Assembly: GCA_964507015.1 (NCBI GenBank)
Contig: CAZDOM010000001.1
Span: forward strand, 9,227-73,226
From: an uncultured Rikenellaceae bacterium
GTDB taxonomy: Bacteria > Bacteroidota > Bacteroidia > Bacteroidales > VadinHA17
Direction of reading: 5' to 3'
Length of the DNA stretch: 64,000 bases
A program made the translations under genes and the position numbers. Under the pieces are notes generated by a model. The model saw only the letters and a list, made by a program, of their open reading frames with translations. It was not told where the DNA came from and did not search any database. Positions 56,901 to 64,000 of the stretch are shown here, piece by piece. Each line of letters starts with the position of its first letter. Positions within the stretch are counted from its first letter, which is position 1.

Positions 56901-57160
56901 TAATAGAAAAATACTTTGATGACCAGGAGTATTATCTCAGCGAAGGAGATGCAATATATATGTTTTCAGATGGTCTTCCCGACCAGTTCGGAGGCGCTGA
57001 CGGTAAGAAAATGAAAATAGCCAGGCTGAAGAAACTTATTGAAGATGTCGTTGATCTTCCTATGGATGGTCAGAAACAGGTCATTACAAAATTCTATGAT
57101 GAATGGAAAGGAGAACATGACCAGGTGGATGATATATTATTGATAGGCTTCCGAATGTGA
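53996..57160 (+). CDS. periplasmic two-component-regulator propeller plus Y_Y_Y sensor, fused through one TM to a cytoplasmic PP2C (SpoIIE-type) phosphatase
   Basis: 1054 aa. Recurrent propeller units (DNNGYLWVGTGGGVAKFDG, DSDGYLWVATNESGIVR, DKRGNIWMGTKGEG, TTDGNIWMATKGNG, DSEDRIWVGHERGFSRY). Y_Y_Y-like YYQTLL...QYSLSDGRYQF. TM WWFILSSISLLTGIIIIII at about nt 56237-56295. PP2C motifs SGDFYWF, CADSTGHGVPGAFMS and FSDGLPDQFGG. Confidence 0.85.
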   Translation: MRFIKYRRFIIITGCFILFSHLVQGQTYSFKNYGNESNIPNTFIYTIEQDNNGYLWVGTGGGVAKFDGFDFYPVIFPDSATGRYPTASLKDNNGTLWFGCNDGTVFYTVDNLLKEIDLSNTREISELLEGPDGYIYVIPQGESISRVNPSNTNEITNYYIDRNIVLFSACFTKSGNLLLGTQENLQLYAIDNESLTLISKITGFDYYSILEIFKIKNSDTYLIGTNGNGLFRLELQGTRNNLTRLTESRDLDYLSIQSVIEDSDGYLWVATNESGIVRMLLSEDGKKIESAVFFDKTSGLPGTNVRRVFQDIEGNFWFGLFGDGLSLLNSYAFSFYSPGLTPERNNIIYVNKLGKDYFLGTAAGYYLFDLENNSIKSFTNMMQKTGRNEILSYCVDKRGNIWMGTKGEGLFLRNTGGITRQFYKSGDSSEDYIKDILVDDNYVWLGTLNGVILLNKSTGKARNRYNINNGLPHNSINYLLPVRDGKTAVATKSDRLYLIDPETGISSMGVILFGTTMNEISSFCQTTDGNIWMATKGNGIFEFIGDSVKSFSRSNMLMSDYCYSILADSEDRIWVGHERGFSRYNRNTGIMRTYGTEFARDGVCNTDGIFESPDGKVLIGTTQGLIIYDRSRDRKQNTVPLNNINYITINEVKYPVQRSFTLPYSKRYIVRVNYVGINFNDPDKVYYQTLLVNYDNDWSKLTTEHEVQYSLSDGRYQFNLISMNESGLTQDNPVTFDINIKKPFWRSWWFILSSISLLTGIIIIIIKEREKAQKKVQVYLEKELDARTSVVVKQKAEIELQNLEITDSINYAKRIQTSILPDFNRLRESFNDAFIFFRPRDIVSGDFYWFDKLDEERILLVCADSTGHGVPGAFMSMIGSTLLQDIVSRQHISKPSEVLTMLDTQIFSTLNRNLELGVSNDGMDLVVCEVNPGKRHIRFASAMRPVIIVMGGESYYIKGNRCSVGGESVIEKYFDDQEYYLSEGDAIYMFSDGLPDQFGGADGKKMKIARLKKLIEDVVDLPMDGQKQVITKFYDEWKGEHDQVDDILLIGFRM

Positions 57161-57171
57161 ACCGTGTATCA

Positions 57172-57687
57172 TTAATATGTACCGTTGAATGAAAGAGGAA
57201 TCTCGTTAGTAGTTTCTGTGTTGCTTAAGTTATCTGATCTGTCTTTAATGTAAAAATCATATATGACAGTATCATTGTCCTCCTGAATATAAAACAGATA
57301 AATAAATGTTATATAAATAGTGCCCTTTAGTATTTTATTCTGACCTTCTCTTTCCATGTAGGGTATCCGGTAAGATGAAGGTTTCAGTGGATCATTATCG
57401 CCTGCCTGTACCATTAAACCATCAATTTTCCTGTACATAGTAAAGAACATGTTTGTAGTATCTCCCTCGGTTTCTTCCGGTGATTCCAGCCCAAGGTCCC
57501 CGTCTCCATCCTCAAAATAGAATTTGAGCCTTCCTCCTTTACAGCTGTTACCGAGAATATCAATTGTGTCAAAAACAGTAAAATTGTTGAACTCAATATA
57601 TGGTTCAGGAGGCAGTTGCCGGATCTTTGTACATGATCCGTAAATAACGCCAATAGCAATTATCAACAAATACCTGATAGCTTTCAT
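57172..57687 (-). CDS. hypothetical lipoprotein
   Basis: The track ORF starts at 57741, an ATGA overlap with the der stop. The internal ATG (complement of 57685-57687) gives a clean lipoprotein signal, MKAIRYLLIIAIGVIYGSC. No family recognised. Confidence 0.5.
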   Translation of the reverse strand: MKAIRYLLIIAIGVIYGSCTKIRQLPPEPYIEFNNFTVFDTIDILGNSCKGGRLKFYFEDGDGDLGLESPEETEGDTTNMFFTMYRKIDGLMVQAGDNDPLKPSSYRIPYMEREGQNKILKGTIYITFIYLFYIQEDNDTVIYDFYIKDRSDNLSNTETTNEIPLSFNGTY

Positions 57688-57737
57688 TATTTTCACGGTA
57701 ATATTTTGTTTACGTACAAAAACCACACCAAATATGT

Positions 57738-59060
57738 TCATTTTTTTCTGAAATATACTCTTATTGGTATCCCTGTAAAATCATAGTTTTCTCTTAACCT
57801 GTTTTCAATAAATCTCTTATAGGGTTCCTTAATATACTGGGGCAGATTACAGAAAAAGGCAAAGGCAGGGGTGGCAGATGGAAGCTGTGTGACATATTTT
57901 ATCTTGATATGTTTACCCTTCGTTGAGGGAGGAGGGTTACTATTTATTATCTTAAGCATAAACGTATTAAGTTCAGCAGTTGGGATCTTTTTTTTTCGAT
58001 TATCATTAACGCTATCAATTACTTCAAGTACTTTATGTATCCTTTGCCTGTTAATTGCTGAAATGAAAAGAATATGATAATCGGTAAACGGAGCTGTCTT
58101 CTCTCTTATTCTTTTTTCAAACAATTTTGCCGTATTACTGTCTTTTTCAATCAGATCCCACTTGTTGACAAGAATTATCAATCCTTTATTATTCTTCAGG
58201 ATAAGTGACATTATATTTAGATCCTGGGCTTCAATTCCCCTTTCGGCATCAATCATAAGAAGGCAGATATCAGAATTTTCTATTGTCCTTACGGCTCTCA
58301 TCACTGAATAGAATTCAATATCTTCACTAACCTTGGACTTTCTTCTTAAACCTGCGGTATCAACCAGGAAAAGGTCATGATTATATTTATTGTATCTGGT
58401 GAAAATTGAATCACGGGTTGTCCCTGCAACGGGGGTTACTATATTTCTTTCTTCTCCAAGCAGTGAATTTACCAGTGATGATTTACCGACATTCGGTCGA
58501 CCCACAATAGCTATGCGGGGCAGCTCTGATATTGTTTCAGTAACCTCTTCTCCAAGCTCTTTTACAATTTCATCCAGAAGATCTCCTGTACCACTGCCAT
58601 TTATCGAACTGACCGTGAAGTAATCACCAAGGCCCAGTCTGTAAAATTCATTTGCCTCCATGAGTCTTGTTGCATTATCCACCTTATTTACAACCAGCAG
58701 GACTTTTTTCCCTGATCTCCGTAGCAGGTCAGCTACTGAAATATCCAGATCATGAATGCCGGTTTTAACATCGACCATGAATAATATAAGGTCCGATTCT
58801 TCTATTGCAAGCAATACCTGCTTATTGATCTGTTCTTCAAAAACATCGTCAGAATTTTCAACATAACCACCTGTGTCGATAACAGAAAAATCAATACCGT
58901 TCCAGTGGCTGATCCCATAGTTTCTGTCCCGGGTAACACCGCTTATCTGATCAACGATAGCTTCTCTTGATTCAATAAGCCTGTTGAAAAATGTTGATTT
59001 TCCAACATTTGGTCTGCCTATAATTGCTACTATTCTACTCATTCTGTTTTGAAAAGTCAA
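57738..59060 (-). CDS. der: ribosome biogenesis GTPase Der (EngA)
   Basis: 440 aa. Two tandem G domains ([14 protein letters not shown] and [14 protein letters not shown]) plus a KH-like C-terminus. Confidence 0.95.
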   Translation of the reverse strand: MTFQNRMSRIVAIIGRPNVGKSTFFNRLIESREAIVDQISGVTRDRNYGISHWNGIDFSVIDTGGYVENSDDVFEEQINKQVLLAIEESDLILFMVDVKTGIHDLDISVADLLRRSGKKVLLVVNKVDNATRLMEANEFYRLGLGDYFTVSSINGSGTGDLLDEIVKELGEEVTETISELPRIAIVGRPNVGKSSLVNSLLGEERNIVTPVAGTTRDSIFTRYNKYNHDLFLVDTAGLRRKSKVSEDIEFYSVMRAVRTIENSDICLLMIDAERGIEAQDLNIMSLILKNNKGLIILVNKWDLIEKDSNTAKLFEKRIREKTAPFTDYHILFISAINRQRIHKVLEVIDSVNDNRKKKIPTAELNTFMLKIINSNPPPSTKGKHIKIKYVTQLPSATPAFAFFCNLPQYIKEPYKRFIENRLRENYDFTGIPIRVYFRKK

Positions 59061-59935
59061 TGATAACCGAATCGTTTAAGCAGGGAAGGCTTATTCCTCC
59101 AGTCTTTTGTTACTTTCACAAATAATTCCAGGAATATTTTTTTCCCAAAAAAACTCTCCATATCATGTCTTGCTTCAGTGCCTGTTTTTTTGAGCATTGT
59201 TCCTTTGTGGCCAATAATTATACCTTTCTGGCTTTCACGGGTCACATGGATGAGTGCTCTGACCCTGATTATTTTTGATTCTTCTTTAAAGCTTTCTATT
59301 TCAATTTCAACGGAGTAGGGGACCTCTTTCTTATAATTCAGCAGGATTTTTTCACGTAGGATCTCTGATGCAAAAAATCTTTCGTATTTATCTGTAAGCT
59401 GATCCTTGGGGAAGAAAGGTTCTCCTTCCGGTAGTCGGCTGATAATAGCATTTAACAGAGTCTCGATATTGAATTTATTAAGTGCTGAAACAGGTATGAT
59501 GGGGGATCCGGGAAATATTTCGTACCAGGAGACCGTTAATTTTTCCAGTTCATCCTGGTTTGAAAGATCGATTTTGTTGATTACAATAATAACAGGGACT
59601 CCTGACTCTCCTATTTTTGTTGTATACTCTTTTTCTGCATCTGGTTTCTCTTTAACATCGGTAACATACAGTATAACATCTGCATCGGACAGCGCTGTTT
59701 TTACAAAGGTCATCATAGCTGCCTGGAGCTTATACCTAGGTTTCAGAATTCCCGGCGTGTCGGAATAGACTATCTGAAAATCTTCCCCGTTAACTATTCC
59801 CATGATGCGATGACGGGTTGTCTGGGCTTTCGATGTTATTATAGAAAGCTTCTCCCCCACGAGAGCATTCATGATTGTCGATTTACCGACATTAGGATTA
59901 CCGAGTATATTTACGAAGCCAGATCTGTGATTCAT
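59057..59935 (-). CDS. era: GTPase Era
   Basis: 292 aa. [13 protein letters not shown] and NKID G-motifs. KH domain at the C-terminus. 4-nt overlap with der. Confidence 0.95.
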   Translation of the reverse strand: MNHRSGFVNILGNPNVGKSTIMNALVGEKLSIITSKAQTTRHRIMGIVNGEDFQIVYSDTPGILKPRYKLQAAMMTFVKTALSDADVILYVTDVKEKPDAEKEYTTKIGESGVPVIIVINKIDLSNQDELEKLTVSWYEIFPGSPIIPVSALNKFNIETLLNAIISRLPEGEPFFPKDQLTDKYERFFASEILREKILLNYKKEVPYSVEIEIESFKEESKIIRVRALIHVTRESQKGIIIGHKGTMLKKTGTEARHDMESFFGKKIFLELFVKVTKDWRNKPSLLKRFGYH

Positions 59936-59942
59936 GGTGTTA

Positions 59943-60725
59943 TTAATAAATTCCTCGCTTAAGCATATTGATTTCTTTCTCAGAAAGAAACCTCCATTTT
60001 CCCCGGGGCAGGTTCTTTTTAGTCAAACCGGCGAAATAGACCCTGTCGAGTTTTCTGACCTTATATCCAAGTGATTCAAATAATCTTCTTACCACCCTGT
60101 TCTGTCCTGAATGAAGCTCAATCCCTATCTGGCTTCTGTCGTCAGGATCAGTATAGGAAACCGAATCAGCTGTGACAAACTCTCCATCAAGTTCCATTCC
60201 CCCGGTCAGCCTGAACAGGTCGTTTTTATGAACCTGTTTGTCCAGGAAAACATGATAGATTTTTTTCCTGTTGTATTTTGGGTGGGTAAGTTTACCGGTA
60301 AGATCTCCATCATTGGTAAGAAGAAGTACACCTGTGGTTGCTTTATCGAGTCTGCCAACCGGATAAACTCTTTCAGGACATGCATCTCCCAGCAGGTCAA
60401 GAACTGTAAGTTCGGCATGTGGATCCTCAACAGTAGTTACATATCCCCTCGGTTTATTCATCAGTATATATACCTTCTTTTCTGCCGAAAGTCTCCTGCC
60501 TTTGTATCTCACATCATCATCTGAGGCTACTTTTGTCCCGAGCTCAGTGATCTTTTTACCATTCACTGAGATATATCCTTTCTGAATTATATCATCAGCA
60601 TCTCGACGTGAACAGATACCACTATTGGCAATAAACCTGTTAAGCCTTATAAGTTCTGAACCTCTGTTCACTGATCCGGTATTGTTCCTGACTAGGGATT
60701 TTCCTCTTTTCCCTTTGCTGTTCAT
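59943..60725 (-). CDS. RsuA/RluB-family pseudouridine synthase with an S4 domain
   Basis: S4 region IRLNRFIANSGICSRRDADDII. Catalytic block GRLDKATTGVLLLTNDG. The track start TTG 60749 lies inside a -7 box, so ATG (complement of 60723-60725, MNSKGKRGK) is preferred. Confidence 0.85.
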   Translation of the reverse strand: MNSKGKRGKSLVRNNTGSVNRGSELIRLNRFIANSGICSRRDADDIIQKGYISVNGKKITELGTKVASDDDVRYKGRRLSAEKKVYILMNKPRGYVTTVEDPHAELTVLDLLGDACPERVYPVGRLDKATTGVLLLTNDGDLTGKLTHPKYNRKKIYHVFLDKQVHKNDLFRLTGGMELDGEFVTADSVSYTDPDDRSQIGIELHSGQNRVVRRLFESLGYKVRKLDRVYFAGLTKKNLPRGKWRFLSEKEINMLKRGIY

Positions 60726-60746
60726 TTTACCCGTTTTTTCAGGCTG

Positions 60747-60754
60747 CAAAGGTA
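60747..60754 (-). promoter_or_regulatory. -7 promoter box (TACCTTTG on the minus strand) for the rluB-like/era/der operon
   Basis: The plus strand reads CAAAGGTA, 22 nt upstream of the ATG at 60725. Confidence 0.4.
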
Positions 60755-60819
60755 CAATTATTTGGTGATTTATGATTTAATGAATTTTTTGCACCTTTGT
60801 GATTCTGAAAAGAAAGATC

Positions 60820-62202
60820 ATGACATTAATAAAATCAATATCAGGGATAAGGGGGACAATCGGAGGTGTTCCCGGAGAGAATCTGACACCGATTGATGTT
60901 GTAAAATTCACAGCTGCTTATGGTTCATGGATAAAAGATAAACATACAGGAAAGATTGCAGAAATAGTAGTGGGCAGGGATGCCAGGAAATCGGGAATTA
61001 TGATCTGCAACCTGGTGATTAGTACATTGCGCAGTATGGGGATCAATGTTACAGATATTGGAATGGCAACTACTCCTACAGTTGAACTGGCTGTTACGGG
61101 AAGAGGATCTCAGGGAGGTGTAATAGTTACAGCCAGCCATAACCCGGGAGAATGGAATGCACTTAAACTATTGGATGAAAAGGGAGAATTTCTTTCGGCC
61201 TCTGATGGAGGAGAAATGCTTAAACTGGCAGATAAGGAGAAATTTGAATTTTCAGGTCAGGAATATGAAGGTACACTGAGCAGCGATAATACATGGCGGC
61301 AAAAACATATTGACAAATTACTTGAACTTGATCTGATTGATACTCAGGCTATAAAAGATGCAGAACTAACTGTGGCAATTGACTGTATCAATTCTGTTGG
61401 TGCTATAGCATTACCATCTTTACTCAGCTCACTGGGAGTTAAAAAGGTGATAGGTCTTAACATGGTACCTGATGGCAATTTTGCACATAATCCGGAGCCG
61501 CTGCCCGAAAATCTTAAGGAACTTTCTGACCTTGTTGCAAGAGAAAATGCTGACATAGGGTTTGCAGTTGACCCCGATGTGGACAGGCTGGCAGTTATTT
61601 GTGAGGATGGATCTATGTTCGGTGAGGAATATACCCTGGTTGCAGTAGCCGAATATGTTCTGCAGCATACTCCGGGAAATACTGTCTCAAATATGTCATC
61701 CACAAGAGCATTGAAGGATATTACCGAAAAACATGGCTGTTCATATTTTTCTTCACCTGTAGGAGAGGTAAATGTAGTTGCAGAGATGAAGAAACGAAAC
61801 GCAGTTATTGGTGGAGAGGGTAACGGCGGTGTAATTTATCCTGTGTTTCATTATGGAAGGGATGCACTTTTCGGGATAGCACTTTTCCTGACACATCTGG
61901 CTAAAAGCAAAATTAAGTGCTCAGAATTGCGGAAACAATATCCTGATTATGTTATAGCCAAGAAAAAACATAAGATTGATCCGGAAATTGATTTTAATGA
62001 AATAATAAATAAGGTCAGAGAAAAATTCCCTGACACTAAAATTGATGATAGAGATGGTCTTAAAATAGAATTACCAACAGGCTGGATTCAGTTGCGTAAA
62101 TCAAACACTGAACCTATAATGAGAATTTATGCAGAGAGCAGTACGATGGAAGAGGCTGAGAGGCTTGCAGATGAGATTATCTCAATTGTTAATAAACGCT
62201 AA
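60820..62202 (+). CDS. glmM: phosphoglucosamine mutase (alpha-D-phosphohexomutase family)
   Basis: ISGIRGTIGG N-terminus, phosphoserine loop VTASHNPGEWNALK, metal loop FAVDPDVDRLAV, and GGEGNGG. The track start is GTG 60799; ATG 60820 gives MTLIKSISGIRG. The exact sugar specificity is inferred. Confidence 0.8.
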   Translation: MTLIKSISGIRGTIGGVPGENLTPIDVVKFTAAYGSWIKDKHTGKIAEIVVGRDARKSGIMICNLVISTLRSMGINVTDIGMATTPTVELAVTGRGSQGGVIVTASHNPGEWNALKLLDEKGEFLSASDGGEMLKLADKEKFEFSGQEYEGTLSSDNTWRQKHIDKLLELDLIDTQAIKDAELTVAIDCINSVGAIALPSLLSSLGVKKVIGLNMVPDGNFAHNPEPLPENLKELSDLVARENADIGFAVDPDVDRLAVICEDGSMFGEEYTLVAVAEYVLQHTPGNTVSNMSSTRALKDITEKHGCSYFSSPVGEVNVVAEMKKRNAVIGGEGNGGVIYPVFHYGRDALFGIALFLTHLAKSKIKCSELRKQYPDYVIAKKKHKIDPEIDFNEIINKVREKFPDTKIDDRDGLKIELPTGWIQLRKSNTEPIMRIYAESSTMEEAERLADEIISIVNKR

Positions 62203-62328
62203 AACTTTCCTCTTTTTAATATTAACATGGAATAAAATCTATCCTCTGTGTGTCATTAGGGTTAAAAGCATTAGAAACAAATGTTGTTAAATATTGTTAA
62301 TGTAAATTATTTAGAATACGCTTTTAAA

Positions 62329-62336
62329 TACTTTTG
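62329..62336 (+). promoter_or_regulatory. -7 promoter box TACTTTTG for the HlyD-family adaptor gene
   Basis: TAnnTTTG match 36 nt upstream of ATG 62373. Confidence 0.4.
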
Positions 62337-62372
62337 TGACGATTCTTTGAAATTTAACAAGTAGACCATATC

Positions 62373-63935
62373 ATGAAGAAAACAATTATCATTTCAGCAA
62401 TTGTTGCCGTTGTGGCAATAGTTGCCATTATTGTGATCAATAAGCTTTCCTCAAGAAAAGACCTTGAAAATCTTTATGTTGAAGCACAAAGAGGTCAGTT
62501 TGATATATTAGTTACAACTACAGGAGAGCTCCAGGCTGAAAATTCGACAGATATTACCGGACCGGATTTTCAACAAAGCAGAAGCATCAGGGCTATGGAT
62601 ATAAAAATCACTGACCTGGTACCTGAGGGTACTGAAGTGAAAGAAGGTGATTATGTGGCTACTCTCGACAGGACTTCATTTGACAATACGTTGAAAGATG
62701 AACTGGAGAGGCTGGATACTTATGAAACCAATATGGAAGTCAAAATCCTTGATACGGCAGTTACTCTCAGTAATCTGCGCGATAATATCAAGAATCTGCG
62801 TTTTGCCGTAGAAGAAGCTCATATAACTTTACAGGAGTCGAAATATGAGCCTCCAACAACAATACGGCAGGCAGAGATAGCTCTTGATAAAGCTAACCGT
62901 TCTCTTGAACAGTCAATAAGAGGTTATGAGCTAAAGGTAGAACAAGCTCGTTCAGATATGCGGACAATTAAAACACAGCTTGCTGAACAGAGACAAAGAG
63001 TAGCTGATCTGCAAACTATACTTTCAAAATTTATTATTACTGCACCTTCATCTGGTATGGTGATTTATAAAAGAGACAGAACAGGTTCGAAAAGAAAGAT
63101 AGGCTCTTCCATAAGTCCATGGGATAATGTGGTAGCAACACTCCCTGATATGACAAGCATGATTTCGAAAACATATGTCAATGAAATTGATGTAAGTAAA
63201 GTAAAAGCAGAACAGAAGGTTGATATTATGGTTGATGCTTTCCCGGAGAAACAGTACTCTGGAACAGTAATTAGTGTTGCTAATATTGGGGAACAATTAC
63301 CAAACACTGATGCCAAAGTATTCGAGGTGATGATAAAGGTTAACGGTACAGATCTGATATTAAGGCCATCAATGACAACAGGGAATAAAATCATCACTAA
63401 AACTATAAGTGACGTGACCTATATACCTCTTGAGTCCGTCCAGACAGGTGCGGACAGCATCCCATTTGTATATCTGAAAAATGGAACAAAACAGATTATT
63501 GTTCTTGGTGAATCAAATGAGAATAATGTAGTGGCTGAGCAGGGCATTAACCCAGGGACAAAGATATATCTGAATACTCCTGAAGAACCTGAAAAATTTT
63601 CCAAAGTGGCAGGTATCGAGCTGATAGATGTTATAAAGCAAAAAGAAAAAGAGAAGAGAGAAGCTGAGGAGAAAGCAAACCGTGAGTTTCAAAGAGGATC
63701 TGCAGGAAGAGGAGGGATGGAGATAACACCTGAGATGATGCAACGATTTCAGAATACGAGAGGAAATACACCCGAAGGACAGGGAGGAAGAAACATGGAC
63801 ACTGCGGCTATGAGACGTTTTATGCAAATGCGTGGGAATACGCCTCAGGGAGGACAGAGAGACACTGCTTTAATACGTCGTATGCAACAACAGGGTGGAA
63901 CTCCTCAGGGTGGTGGTGGTTCCCAGCCTGATTAA
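62373..63935 (+). CDS. HlyD/MacA-type periplasmic adaptor subunit with a repetitive Arg/Gln/Gly/Met-rich C-terminal tail
   Basis: 520 aa. N-terminal TM, lipoyl-like strands (ITDLVPEGTEVKEGDYVATLD...ITAPSSGMVIY) flanking a long coiled-coil hairpin, a beta-barrel region, then three imperfect tail repeats (RGNTPEGQGG / RGNTPQGGQ / GGTPQGGGG). Confidence 0.75.
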   Translation: MKKTIIISAIVAVVAIVAIIVINKLSSRKDLENLYVEAQRGQFDILVTTTGELQAENSTDITGPDFQQSRSIRAMDIKITDLVPEGTEVKEGDYVATLDRTSFDNTLKDELERLDTYETNMEVKILDTAVTLSNLRDNIKNLRFAVEEAHITLQESKYEPPTTIRQAEIALDKANRSLEQSIRGYELKVEQARSDMRTIKTQLAEQRQRVADLQTILSKFIITAPSSGMVIYKRDRTGSKRKIGSSISPWDNVVATLPDMTSMISKTYVNEIDVSKVKAEQKVDIMVDAFPEKQYSGTVISVANIGEQLPNTDAKVFEVMIKVNGTDLILRPSMTTGNKIITKTISDVTYIPLESVQTGADSIPFVYLKNGTKQIIVLGESNENNVVAEQGINPGTKIYLNTPEEPEKFSKVAGIELIDVIKQKEKEKREAEEKANREFQRGSAGRGGMEITPEMMQRFQNTRGNTPEGQGGRNMDTAAMRRFMQMRGNTPQGGQRDTALIRRMQQQGGTPQGGGGSQPD

Positions 63936-64000
63936 GGAGTATCTTGCAACCGCTATAAATAATTATAAAACAGATATTTAAACAGGGAATACAATGTTCA

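Noticed and set aside
1-64000. Mobile elements, prophage, integrative islands, defence systems (R-M, CRISPR-Cas, TA, retron, CBASS-like), tRNA and rRNA genes
   Set aside because: I looked through every ORF of at least 60 aa and every spacer over 100 bp. There was no transposase, integrase, recombinase, nuclease/helicase pair, Cas-like protein, reverse transcriptase, cloverleaf-capable spacer or rRNA-like segment. All spacers are under 390 bp.
63994-64000. ATG at the extreme right edge, possibly the ABC partner of the HlyD adaptor
   Set aside because: Only 7 nt are visible, so it cannot be supported as a feature.

Overview
This 64 kb window looks like a densely coded chromosomal segment from a member of Bacteroidota. 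Three things support that assignment: a TAnnTTTG -7 promoter box in front of most transcription units, a type-B T9SS cargo gene next to its own PorP/SprF gene, and a dcw cluster lacking murF and ddl.

Almost every gene is recognisable housekeeping:
- Translation and RNA modification: tadA (partial), aspS, miaB, valS, rlmH, era, der, an RluB-like pseudouridine synthase.
- Metabolism: yebC-family regulator, purF, a class I/II aminotransferase, a 500-aa-type glutamine synthetase, nadC, glmM.
- Lipids: a GlsB/GlsA-like N-acyl-amino-acid lipid acyltransferase pair.
- Cell division and wall synthesis: an uninterrupted mraZ-rsmH-ftsL-ftsI-murE-mraY-murD-ftsW-murG-murC-ftsQ-ftsA-ftsZ cluster (10.99-26.33 kb).
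- Envelope: a putative porin, an MltF-like lytic transglycosylase, a LolE/FtsX-type permease, a NamZ-like (DUF1343) gene, a YihY/BrkB-family protein, and a HlyD-type adaptor.

The only accessory-looking block is 42.5-57.2 kb. It holds six co-directional genes:
- an orphan polytopic histidine kinase;
- a glycine-run / Ig-repeat T9SS type-B cargo protein;
- PorP/SprF;
- a PD40+PKD protein;
- an unrecognisable secreted 333-aa protein;
- a propeller/Y_Y_Y sensor fused to a PP2C phosphatase.

I found no rRNA, tRNA, CRISPR array, transposase, integrase, or recognisable defence or toxin gene.

I do not see convincing evidence for a wholly new system. The best candidates are the sensor-bracketed T9SS block and its two-gene unknown-protein/PP2C unit. 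Next come several small non-coding oddities: a hairpin-dense C-rich island upstream of valS, a palindrome plus G-quadruplex motif in a convergent spacer, and a 10-bp-phased GTGG triplet upstream of mraZ. All coordinates for motifs and alternative starts were read by eye and should be recomputed.
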